Source: Candidatus Latescibacterota bacterium (GTDB lineage Bacteria > Latescibacterota > UBA2968 > UBA8231). Taken from it: a stretch of DNA of 64,000 bases. Of the stretch, positions 28,904 through 38,009 are shown piece after piece. How positions within the stretch are numbered: the stretch's first letter is position 1; each line of letters starts with the position of its first letter. Both the position numbers and the translations under genes were made by a program. The notes below the pieces were generated by a model. That model made no database searches. It was not told the origin of the DNA and saw nothing but the letters and a program-made list of their open reading frames with translations. The stretch spans positions 2,336,001 to 2,400,000 of the forward strand of contig OZ252098.1 of the NCBI GenBank assembly GCA_965248355.1, read 5' to 3'.

Positions 28904-29016
28904 AGCTGTGAAAATAGGGCCTGCTCCGACTTGTACCACCATCTCCCTGGGGACCCGCGCCTCGGCAGGATTTCGCGGCTTGTCCACCGTCGCCTGCCTC
29001 CGTAGAGTCCCTCGCC

Positions 29017-29946
29017 ATGACCTACTACGTGGCCGCCTACGACACCGAAGCCATCTATCCCTGGTGGGAGCTCGGCGATGGCTCACCCCGGGCCGCAACG
29101 ACCTATCAGGATGCGGTGAGCTACTCAGGGACTCGCCTCGACGAGTGTCTCGATGGCGTGCGCGCCGTGGCCGAGGTCCACCTGCGGCACCGTGCGCCGG
29201 CCAGCTTCTTCATCGTCGGCCGGCTCGCCGAGGCCGCGGGGTCCCGGCTGCGGGAGATCCTCGATCACGACCTCTTCGATCTGCAGTCCCACAGCTTCAC
29301 CCACGAGAACATGCTCGCCATCCGCGACGATCCGGCGGCGGTGCGCCGCGAGCTGGTCGACTCCCGGCGCGTCATCGAGGATCTCTTCGGTCGCGAGGTG
29401 ATCGGCTTCACGGCGCCGGGGGGGTTCGCCCGCGGCTTCCTTGGCGAACCGCGGCTCCTGGAGGCGCTGTGGCAGGCCGGCTACCGCTACGTCCGCACCC
29501 TGAGCTGGCAGCCGGGCAACCTCTCGCCGGCGCCGCTGACGCAGCCCTTCTGGTTCAGCGACGACGGCTTCCCGGAGCTGCTGGAGATCTCCGCCCACGC
29601 CTGGCACGACAACATCCTCACCGGCCAGCCCTCGGCGGCGGCCTGGCCTCCGGCCCTGCCGTGGGGCTACCCGGCGAGCGTGCCCGCCACCGCCCGCGAG
29701 GTCTACGAGGCCTACGCTCCCGGCATCGAGCACGCCCGCGACGAAGGGCTGCTCACCTACGCCCCCTGCTTCCATCCCTGGTCCATCCACCGGGTGGACC
29801 GGGCCGCCGGGCAGATCGACCTGCTGCTGGACCACGCCCGCCGCGCCGGCCTGACCCTGGGCTCTTGCGTCGACGTGTACCGGCGCCTGGCCGCGGAACC
29901 GCAGATGGCCCATCCGGCCCCGAGGTTCGCCGCCGCCTCGGCCTAG
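29017..29946 (+). CDS. Polysaccharide deacetylase family protein
   Basis: AYDTE, ASFFIVG, SHSFTH, GFTAPGG, FHPW. Confidence 0.82.
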   Translation: MTYYVAAYDTEAIYPWWELGDGSPRAATTYQDAVSYSGTRLDECLDGVRAVAEVHLRHRAPASFFIVGRLAEAAGSRLREILDHDLFDLQSHSFTHENMLAIRDDPAAVRRELVDSRRVIEDLFGREVIGFTAPGGFARGFLGEPRLLEALWQAGYRYVRTLSWQPGNLSPAPLTQPFWFSDDGFPELLEISAHAWHDNILTGQPSAAAWPPALPWGYPASVPATAREVYEAYAPGIEHARDEGLLTYAPCFHPWSIHRVDRAAGQIDLLLDHARRAGLTLGSCVDVYRRLAAEPQMAHPAPRFAAASA

Positions 29947-30016
29947 CACCTCGATCCACCCCGTCAGTAATACTCATCTGCTTGACTGCGCTTCTTTTTC
30001 TGGACATTTTTCCATC

Positions 30017-30220
30017 ATGAAGACTACAGTCGATATTCCCGACGGCGAGCTTCAGGATGCGATCCGATTCACGAACGCGAAGACCAAGCGCGAGGCCATC
30101 GTCGGCGCGGTCGTGGATTTCAACCGCCGCATGCGCATGGCGGAGCTGACCCGGTACGCCGGCACCTGCCCGGATCTGATCACGCCGCAAGAGCTTCAGA
30201 CCGCCCGGCGGCAGGGCTGA
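30017..30220 (+). CDS. vapB: VapB antitoxin (DUF2191-like), copy 1
   Basis: MKTTVDIPD..L..AIRFT.AKTKREAI. Confidence 0.88.
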   Translation: MKTTVDIPDGELQDAIRFTNAKTKREAIVGAVVDFNRRMRMAELTRYAGTCPDLITPQELQTARRQG

Positions 30221-30224
30221 GGCG

Positions 30225-30596
30225 TTGGTCCTCGTCGATACTTCGTCCTGGGTACACATGCTTCGTCCGGGCGGAGACCCAGCCGTGCGGGCCCGGGTGG
30301 AAGCGGCGCTGACGGCGGGGCAGGCCTGTTGGTGCGCCTTGGTGCAACTCGAGCTTTGGAACGGCGCCTCCGGGCAGCGGGAACAGAGGGTTCTGCGGGA
30401 GTTCGCCCGGGCCCTCCCGGAGCTTCCCATCGACGCGGAAGTGTGGCAAGCGGCTTACGACTTGGCCCGGCGGGCACGAGCCCAGGGCGTCACCGTGCCG
30501 GCCACCGACGTGATCATCGCCGCCTGCGCCCGGCGTCACGGCGCCGCTCTCGAAGCCGCGGATACGGACTTCGAGCTCCTGGCATCGGTGGGCTGA
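30225..30596 (+). CDS. vapC: VapC PIN toxin, copy 1
   Basis: LVDTSSW, LELWNG, ATDVIIAA, ADTDF; TTG start. Confidence 0.88.
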   Translation: MVLVDTSSWVHMLRPGGDPAVRARVEAALTAGQACWCALVQLELWNGASGQREQRVLREFARALPELPIDAEVWQAAYDLARRARAQGVTVPATDVIIAACARRHGAALEAADTDFELLASVG

Positions 30597-30637
30597 TTCG
30601 GCGAGCGAAGTACCCGGCCCACTCGCGCCGGTCCCCC

Positions 30638-32940
30638 TCAAAACTCCAGTTCGAAGCCTCCCACCGGGATCCGGCTCCACTGGTAGACGCGGCCCGTCCG
30701 GTTGTCGTCGCTGTCCCAGAAATGGTGATAGAGGTTGGCGCGGTCGTAGGCGTTGAGAACGGTGAAGAACGAGACCAGGTTGAAGCGCTCGAAGTGCCGC
30801 CGGTGGTCGAAGCGCAGATCGAGACGGTGATAGGGCGGCAGGCGCAGAGCGTTGATCCGGTGGCGCTGCACGATGCCGGTCCCCTGGCGCGCCGACTCGG
30901 TCTCGTCGAAGGGGGTGTAGGGCCGTCCTCCCGCAAAGCGCCAGCGCAGGCTGTACTCCCGGGTCTCGCCGTGGCGGTAGCCGAGGATGAGCGATGCCAG
31001 GTGCCGGTTGTCGAAGGAGCGGTTGCGCTCCCGACCCGTGAGATCGGTGTAGCGGGAACGGCCATAGGCGTAGCTCACGGTGCCGTAGAGCTTGCGGACG
31101 AGCTTCTTCTGGATCATCGCCTCAGCGCCCCGGGACTCCGCCCGACCCCCGCCCACCAGCCGGCCGGGCGCCGGCGTGCCGAAGTCGGCAAAGGCGTCGA
31201 CCACCGAGACCGTGGGGTCGTCGGGGTCGAAGGGCAGGTTGCGGTAGCGCTTTAGGTAGCCCTCCAGGGTGAACAGGGTGTTCTCCGTCAGGCGCCGGCG
31301 CAGCCCGAGGACGTAGTGGGCGGCGCGGGGACTGTCCAGCCGGCGGTTGTCGGGGTGCTGAACCAGCAGGGAGGCGGGCAGGTTCTGATGGTAGAGCCCC
31401 CAGGCGGCGCTCAGCGAAGTGAGGGGATCGATCTGCCATCGCAGGGACAGCCGCGGCGACAGGTCCCTCTCCCCGGTGTAGTCGAAGTACTCCCAGCGCA
31501 GTCCCGCCCCGGCGGTAACGCCCCGGGCAGGGGCCGGTCATGGGCGAGAAACGCCGCCAGCTTGGTCGAGGCCACCCCCTCGCCCACGTGCAGCTCCCCG
31601 GTCACCTCGTTGACGCGATTCGTGCGCGACGCCGAGAACAGCGAGAAATCGCTGAACTCCCGGCGCCCCGTGATCCCGCCGCGCCACTCGCCGCCGGCCG
31701 CCGGTGACCAGGTGACGTCGCTGCGCAGCAGGACCGCGCGCTCCTGCGAGGAGTTGAGGAACAACTCGCCGCGCGTCCGGCCGTCGAGGACATCGATCCC
31801 GAAGTCGGCGAAGGAGAAGGTCAGGGAGGTGCGGGCGAAGCCGCGGCGGCTCCACAGCCATCGCCAGCCGGCGCCGGCGACGAGCTGATCGGTCTCGCTG
31901 ACCACGAAGTCCTCGTCGGCGTCGGTGTCGCCGGGAACGAAGTCGATGGCGCTGAAGCCGGCGATCCCCAGCAGCGAGAGGCGGTGCCGGGAGGACGGGT
32001 CCCAGCTCAGCTTTCCCTGCAGGTCGCTGTAGCGGGGCACGGCCCCGGTGCCGATGGCGTCGACGATGAGGTCGAGATAGCTGCGCCGCCCCGAGGCGAT
32101 CCACGATCCGCGCCCGGCCGGGAGAGGGCCTTCGAGCAGCAGTCCCGCCCCCGCCATGCCGAGCTGCACCTCGCCGTCGATCTCCTCGCGGTTGCCCTCG
32201 CGCAGGTCGACGAGCATCACCGACGACAGGCGGTCGCCGTAGGCGGCGGAGAAGCCGCCGGCGTAGAACGCGGCGTCCTCGATGAGATCCGTGTTCAGCA
32301 GGCCGATCGGGCCGCCCGAGGCCCCCTGGGTCGGGAAGTGATTGATGTTGGGGATCTCGATGTGGTCGACGAGGACCAGGTTCTCCGTGGGGCTGCCGCC
32401 GCGGACGATGAGGTCGTTGCGCTCGTCGGTGTTCATGTTCACCGAGGGCATGGCCTGCAGGAGGCGGCTGATGTCCCCCGCCGATCCCGGGGAGCGCCGC
32501 ACCTCCTCGTAGCTGAAGCTCACCCCGCCCACCGCCTCTCCCGCGGCGTCGGAGAAGTAGTCGGCCACGACCACCGTCTCCTCGCCCAGATCCATCACCT
32601 CCGCGTCGAGATCCAGCTCGAGATCGGTGACCCGGCGCGGACGCACGACCACGTCGGTACGCACGATGTCGGCGTACCCGATCATGGAGATCCGCAGGCG
32701 ATGCACGCCCGCCGGGATGCCGGGCAGGGCGAAGCGTCCCCGCCCGTCGGCCATCGCTCCCCGCTCGGTCCCGAGAACGCGCACGCCGGCCCCGGGCAGA
32801 GGCTGTTGGGTGGCCCGGTCGAGGATCTCCCCCCGGATCTCGCCGAGCCCCTGGCCGTGGGCGGGCAGGGCGAGCAGGACGGCGGCGGCCAGAGCCGCCA
32901 CGGCAGCGGCGAGGGGCCGCCTGGATGGCAGTCGACAGCC
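30638..32940 (-). pseudogene. TonB-dependent receptor with carboxypeptidase-regulatory-like N-domain; frameshift ~31520, start unclear
   Basis: Signal-like AAAVLLALPAHG, NDLIVRGGSPTEN, GGFSAAYGDRLSS, LPPYHRLDLR, terminal ELEF; frame shifts at a G4 run; no clear ATG. Confidence 0.82.
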
Positions 32941-32994
32941 TTGGATAATATGATTCTCCTTGATCAAGATGCCTTCATATAGGAGATTAGCATC

Positions 32995-33198
32995 ATGAAA
33001 ACCACTGTCGATATTCCCGACAACGAGCTCGAGGACGCCATCCGATTCACCAAGGCGAAGACCAAGCGCGAGGCCATCGTCGGCGCCGTGGCCGACTTCA
33101 ACCGCCGCATGCGCATGGCCGAGCTCACCCGGCACGCCGGCACCTGCTCGGGTCTGATTACCCCGGAGGAGCTGCAGACCGAGAGGCGGCGGGGCTGA
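32995..33198 (+). CDS. vapB: VapB antitoxin, copy 2
   Basis: 57/67 aa identical to copy 1 (manual count). Confidence 0.88.
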   Translation: MKTTVDIPDNELEDAIRFTKAKTKREAIVGAVADFNRRMRMAELTRHAGTCSGLITPEELQTERRRG

Positions 33199-33202
33199 GC
33201 CG

Positions 33203-33574
33203 TTGATCCTCGTCGATACGTCGTCCTGGGTCCACATGCTGCGTACGGGCGGAGACCCCGAGGTTCGGGCCCGGGTCGAAGCCGCCCTGACCGCGGGGCA
33301 AGCCTGCTGGTGTCCGCTGGTGCAGCTCGAGCTGTGGAATGGCGCGTCGGGGGCCAAGGAGCAGAGGGTCTTGAGGGAATTCGCCCGCGTCCTGCCGCTG
33401 CTTCCCATCGACGCGGAGGTCTGGCATCGGGCCTGTGACCTGGCGCGGAGGGCGCGCGCCAAGGGCGTCACGGTTCCGGCCACCGACGTGGTCATCGCCG
33501 CCTGCGCCCGACGCCACGGCGTCGCTCTCGAAACCGCGGATACGGACTTCGAGCTTCTTGCATCGGTGGACTGA
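33203..33574 (+). CDS. vapC: VapC PIN toxin, copy 2
   Basis: 107/123 aa identical to copy 1 (manual count). Confidence 0.88.
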   Translation: MILVDTSSWVHMLRTGGDPEVRARVEAALTAGQACWCPLVQLELWNGASGAKEQRVLREFARVLPLLPIDAEVWHRACDLARRARAKGVTVPATDVVIAACARRHGVALETADTDFELLASVD

Positions 33575-33702
33575 CTGCCCAAGGACTACGCCCGCCCAGC
33601 CCTCGACCTGCGGCCAGGAGTCCTCCGACTGGGGCGGCGAGCGGCTGCCGGTCGAAGACAACCTGACGCCGCTGGGATTCGGAGATACTGGTGGGGCAGC
33701 GG

Positions 33703-33739
33703 TTGACAGCAATCCTGGCTAGAGTAACAATCTAGCCAG
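33703..33739 (+). promoter_or_regulatory. Sigma70-like promoter with overlapping TA operator
   Basis: TTGACA-N17-AACAAT; perfect inverted repeat CTGGCTAGA-N7-TCTAGCCAG (33715-33739) straddles the -10. Confidence 0.72.
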
Positions 33740-33763
33740 ATCACCTGGACAGGACGAACGCTC

Positions 33764-34018
33764 ATGACCGAGTGGCCATTGCAAGACGCCAAGAATCGCT
33801 TCAGCGCGGTGGTGGAGGCGGCGTTGGGCGGCGAGCCTCAACGCGTGACCCGACGCGGCAGGCCCGCTGTCGTCGTTCTGGCCGTAGAGGAGTACGACCG
33901 CCTGCGGCGTCTGGAGCGCGCAGAGGCCCCCTCCCTCGCGGATCTGATGCTCGCCATGCCGCAGGACGACGGGGAGTTCGAGCGGCTGCCGTTGCCGCTG
34001 CGGCCGCTGGACGTCTGA
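33764..34018 (+). CDS. Phd/YefM family antitoxin
   Basis: WPLQDAKNRFSAVVEAA..PQRVTRRGRPAVVV. Confidence 0.92.
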   Translation: MTEWPLQDAKNRFSAVVEAALGGEPQRVTRRGRPAVVVLAVEEYDRLRRLERAEAPSLADLMLAMPQDDGEFERLPLPLRPLDV

Positions 34019-34437
34019 TGTACCTCATCGACACCGACGTGCTATCGGCGCTGCGCAGACGGGTCCGCGCCCCCAACCTGCTGGCGTGGATATCGGCCCA
34101 GCGCACGGCGGACCTCTACTTGAGCGTTGTGTCCGTCGGCGAGGTGGAAAGAGGCATTGCCCGGCAGGAGCGCCGAGACCCCACGTTTGCGCGCGCCCTC
34201 GCCCTCTGGCTGGACAGCGTGCTGGCGCTCTACGGCGACCACATCCTTCCCGTCGATGTAGCGTCCGCGCGGCGCTGGGGTCGTCTGTCCAACGTGCTCG
34301 GCCATGACGGCGCCGACCTGCTCATCGCCGCCACTGCGCTGGAGCACGGCCTGACCGTGGTGACCCGCAACGTCAGGCACTTCGAGCCGGCCGGCGTCAA
34401 GGTGCTCGATCCCTTCGGCCGCCGGGAGACGCCGTAG
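34018..34437 (+). CDS. vapC: VapC PIN toxin
   Basis: TGATG coupling; MYLIDTDVLS, SVGEVERG, DLLIAATALEHGLTVVTRN. Confidence 0.92.
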   Translation: MYLIDTDVLSALRRRVRAPNLLAWISAQRTADLYLSVVSVGEVERGIARQERRDPTFARALALWLDSVLALYGDHILPVDVASARRWGRLSNVLGHDGADLLIAATALEHGLTVVTRNVRHFEPAGVKVLDPFGRRETP

Positions 34438-34487
34438 CCCCGCTCGGTTGCAGCAAGGAAATCGCACTACTGGCCAGCAACAGGCAG

Positions 34488-34652
34488 GCGGACCGGCTGG
34501 ACTTGCCGCGCCGCTACCGGGACCAGCTTGAGGCGCTGCTGCGCGAGCACGTGCCCGGCGTCGAGGTGTGGGCCTACGGAAGCAGGGCAAACGGCGAGAG
34601 CCACGAGGGCAGGGACCTCGACCTGGTGCTGCGCGGTCCCGCCCTGGAACCG
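34488..34652 (+). pseudogene. Minimal nucleotidyltransferase (MNT) fragment
   Basis: ADRLDLPRRYRDQLEALLREHVPGVEVWAYGSRANGESHEGRDLDLVLRGP; no good start, C-terminal half missing. Confidence 0.75.
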
Positions 34653-34961
34653 TGTTTGTCCTTGATGCGTGGATCCCGAAGAGACTCTGCACGACCGTAG
34701 CGCAGGCCGATGAAGTACCCCGGCCAGACGAAGACCCCGTCCTCCCGTTCCTATTGATCAGGCGGGGATGGCCCTCACGGTGGTGCCCCGCCTGGCACTA
34801 CCGCGCAGCCCGGTCTGCTCCGGCGCCAGGCGCGGAAGTCGCCGGCCTTCACCTCCATGAACTCACCTTCGGCCAGGACCCGTTCCGCCAGGTGCCAGTC
34901 CGCGCCCGGGACTATGGACCAACCCGGAGTCCGGGCTTTCTCCTGGCCGGGGCCGGCGCCG

Positions 34962-36200
34962 TCAGAAGGCGTCGAGCGGCACCGCGTCCACGGACGAGGT
35001 CAGGCGAAAACGCTCGCGGCAGAGGCAGACCAGCAGGCCGGGCCCCGCACGGTCACCGAAGAGGGCCTGGAAGCGCTCGATCCCCTCGACGTGCTCCCGC
35101 CTGGGCGTGGCCGTGAGCTTGGCCTCGATGGGGATCAGCTGCCGGCCGTCGTCGAGGATGAAGTCCACCTCGTGGCCGCCGGCGGTGCGCCAGAAGTGGA
35201 GGCGCGGCACCTCGCCCCGGTGCACGAGCAGCCGGTACAGGGCGCCCAGAACGGCGCTCTCGATCATGGGGCCCGCGGCCATCCCCTGCAGCACCTGGGC
35301 CGCATCGGTGAGGCCGAGGAGGTAGCCGAGGATGCCGGTGTCCAGGAAGAAGATCTTCGGCCGCTTGACCAGCCGCTTGCCGAGATTCGCGTGGTAGGGC
35401 CTCAGGGTCAGCACCTGCCCGCTCGCCTCCAGGACCGAGACCCAGGCCTTGACCGTCTTCGAGGTCACCCCGAGGTCGCGCGCCAGGTCGGAGAAGTTGA
35501 TGAGCGCTCCCGAGCGGGCGGCCAGCGCGTAGAGCACGCGCTGGAAGTCCCCCAGCTCGCCGACGGCCCGCAGGGAGCGGACGTCGCGCTCGAGATAGGT
35601 CTGGATGTAGCTGCTGAGCCACAGGGCGGGTTCGACACGCGCGTCGAGGGCGGGCTCGGGGAAGCCGCCGCGGAGGAGCCGCCCGGCGATCTCCGCCGGG
35701 TCGCCCGCGGAGCCGCTCTCCGTGCGCCCGGCGCCATCCAGCACCTCCCGCCAGGCGGCGTCGGGCTGGGCGCGGCCCCTCGTTTCGGCCAGCGACATCG
35801 ACTGCAGCGAGAGCACCGCGGCGCGCCCGGCGAGGGACTCCGACACACCCCGCATGAGCGGAAAGGCCTGCGAACCCGTGATCACGTAGCGGCCCTTCTC
35901 CGCCCTGTGCTCGTCCACGTCGATCTTGACGGTGTGGAGCATCTCCGGCGCGTACTGGATCTCGTCGAGGATCACGGGAGGGGGAAAGCGCGAGAGCAGC
36001 AGGGGGGAGTCGCCGCGGGCCTGCTCGCGAAGGCCGATGTCGTCCAGGGTGCAGTAGGAGTGGGTCGCCCCGAAGAGGTGGCGCACGAGGGTGGTCTTGC
36101 CGGACTGGCGGGGGCCGGTGAGGACCACGGCCGGGAACTGCTGTGCGGCCCGGGCCAGGACGCGGGCCAGGGTGCGCTCGGTGTACGGCAGGTCGGCCAT
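34962..36200 (-). CDS. AAA+ ATPase (AAA_14 + DUF4143 family)
   Basis: GPRQSGKT, ILDEIQ, ITGSQ, GGFPE, YLERDVR, EVDFIL..IEAK. Confidence 0.92.
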   Translation of the reverse strand: MADLPYTERTLARVLARAAQQFPAVVLTGPRQSGKTTLVRHLFGATHSYCTLDDIGLREQARGDSPLLLSRFPPPVILDEIQYAPEMLHTVKIDVDEHRAEKGRYVITGSQAFPLMRGVSESLAGRAAVLSLQSMSLAETRGRAQPDAAWREVLDGAGRTESGSAGDPAEIAGRLLRGGFPEPALDARVEPALWLSSYIQTYLERDVRSLRAVGELGDFQRVLYALAARSGALINFSDLARDLGVTSKTVKAWVSVLEASGQVLTLRPYHANLGKRLVKRPKIFFLDTGILGYLLGLTDAAQVLQGMAAGPMIESAVLGALYRLLVHRGEVPRLHFWRTAGGHEVDFILDDGRQLIPIEAKLTATPRREHVEGIERFQALFGDRAGPGLLVCLCRERFRLTSSVDAVPLDAF

Positions 36201-36236
36201 GCCGGGAAACCAAGGCCGCACGACGGTTTGGCGCAA

Positions 36237-36319
36237 GCAAATCGGGAATTACAATCCAAATTTGCATGGTCTGGACAGGCCAATCATAGGTAAATCAGGG
36301 AATCAAATTCCGAATTTGC
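36237..36319. promoter_or_regulatory. Two palindromic operator-like boxes
   Basis: GCAAAT-N17-ATTTGC (36237-36265) and GTAAAT-N18-ATTTGC (36290-36319). Confidence 0.6.
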
Positions 36320-36402
36320 ACATCTCAGGCCCATCTGAGCGCATCCTAGGGGCCGTGCGATCTCCGGTGGGCAGGACGAAGGGGCTCAGCTAGCCGACCG
36401 GC

Positions 36403-36423
36403 CCGGGACGGAATTCGTCCCGG
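36403..36423 (-). terminator. GC hairpin immediately after sthA stop
   Basis: CCGGGACG-GAATT-CGTCCCGG; no U-tract, so terminator function is uncertain. Confidence 0.35.
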
Positions 36424-36424
36424 C

Positions 36425-37879
36425 TCAGGCGTCCCCGGCGACGGCGGTCGCCGTCTCCTGGGTCATGATGGCGCTGCGCACGAGGGCGAGCTTGTTGGCG
36501 GCGTTGAAGGCGGCCACCTTGTAGCACTCGGCCAGGGTGGGGTAGTTGAAGACCGTGCGGATGAAGTAGTCGAGCCCGCCTCCCAGCCCCAGGACGGCCT
36601 GCCCCACGTGGACCAGCTCGGTGGCCCCCGAGCCGATGCAGTGGGCCCCGAGCAGACGCCCGTCCTCGCGGTGGAAGATCAGCTTCACCATGCCTGAGTC
36701 GTCGCCGAGGATCTGCCCGCGGGCGATCTCCTTGTAGTGGGCGATGCCGGTCTCGTAGGGCACGCGGTCGCGGGTCAGCTCCTGCTCGGTCTCCCCGACC
36801 AGGGAGATCTCCGGGATGGCGTAGAGGCCGATGGGGTAATGGCGGCCCATGGGCTGGGCCTCGACGCCGAACATGTGGCAGGCGGCCAGGCGCCCCTGCT
36901 CGCTGGAGGTGGAGGCCAGGGCGGGAAAGCCGATGACGTCGCCGGCGGCGTAGATGTTCTCCACCGCCGTGCGGTAGTGGTCGTCCACGACCAGGCGGCC
37001 GCGCTCGTCCGCCTGCAGCCCCACGGCTTCGAGGGCGAGATCCTCGGTGGCGCCGATGCGGCCGGCCGAGAACAGGACCACGTCGGCGACGATGTTCTTG
37101 CCCGACTCGAGCTGGATGAGCCCCTTCGGCTGGGGCACCTCCACCACCTCCAGGTGCTCCACCGCCTCGCCGCAGCGAAAGGTGACGTCCGCCTTGCGCA
37201 GCTGGTGGATCAACTCGTCGACGATCTCATGGTCGATGAACTCCAGGGGGCGGGGGCGGCGGTCGATGATCGTCACCTGCACGCCCAGGGCGGCGAACAT
37301 GGAGGCGTACTCGATGCCCACGACGCCGGCCCCGACCACCGCCAGGTTGCGCGGCAGGTTGTCGATGTCGAGGACGTGGTCCGAGGTCATGATCGTCCTG
37401 CCGTCCGGGGGCAGCCCGGGCGGATCGCTGGCGCGGGTGCCCACGGCCACGAGCACCTTGTCCACCGCCAACCGGCGCCGGCCCTGGAGCCCCTCCACCA
37501 GGACGGTGTGGGGATCGACGAAGGAGGCGCGTCCCCGGATGACCTCGACGTCGTTGCGCGCCAGGTTCTCCTGGACCACGGAGAGCTCGCGCTCGATGAC
37601 GCGCTCCACGTGACCCACGAGCTGCTGCATGGTGGGCCTCGAACGGGGCCGGAACTGCTCGTAGGCCTCCAGCCCGGGACGGGAGTAGCCGCGGCGCACG
37701 GCTTCGCGGAACGTCTTGGAGGGGATGGTGCCGCTCTCGATGCAGACGCCGCCGACGATCTGCTGCTTCTCGACGACGCCCACCCTCTTGCCCAGCTTGG
37801 CCGCCTGGATGGCGGCGCGCTGGCCGGCGGGCCCGCTGCCGATGCAGACGAGATCGTAGTCGTGGTGATCATCGCTCAC
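36425..37879 (-). CDS. sthA: Soluble pyridine nucleotide transhydrogenase
   Basis: IGSGPAG, GGVCIESGTIPSK, GAGVVGIEYAS, AGDVIGFPALAS, FNYPTLAECYKVAA. Confidence 0.93.
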   Translation of the reverse strand: MSDDHHDYDLVCIGSGPAGQRAAIQAAKLGKRVGVVEKQQIVGGVCIESGTIPSKTFREAVRRGYSRPGLEAYEQFRPRSRPTMQQLVGHVERVIERELSVVQENLARNDVEVIRGRASFVDPHTVLVEGLQGRRRLAVDKVLVAVGTRASDPPGLPPDGRTIMTSDHVLDIDNLPRNLAVVGAGVVGIEYASMFAALGVQVTIIDRRPRPLEFIDHEIVDELIHQLRKADVTFRCGEAVEHLEVVEVPQPKGLIQLESGKNIVADVVLFSAGRIGATEDLALEAVGLQADERGRLVVDDHYRTAVENIYAAGDVIGFPALASTSSEQGRLAACHMFGVEAQPMGRHYPIGLYAIPEISLVGETEQELTRDRVPYETGIAHYKEIARGQILGDDSGMVKLIFHREDGRLLGAHCIGSGATELVHVGQAVLGLGGGLDYFIRTVFNYPTLAECYKVAAFNAANKLALVRSAIMTQETATAVAGDA

Positions 37880-38009
37880 GGATCAGGCTCCCGGGCCTCC
37901 GACGGCGGCAGGCCCCCTGCGGGTTCTACCTGAATATGGGGAATCCGCGGGACAGGGGGGGATTCTTCGTGACGGGGGGATGGCTTTCCGGTGCCCCGGG
38001 GCCATCCCG

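Noticed and set aside
31411..33582. ORF-track 723-aa protein with long N-terminal extension
   Set aside because: The first ~200 codons are antisense to vapBC copy 2; only the TonB part is real
34741..34756. TTCCTAT as an IS91 oriIS end
   Set aside because: Lacks the rest of the oriIS consensus and is far from the transposase remnant
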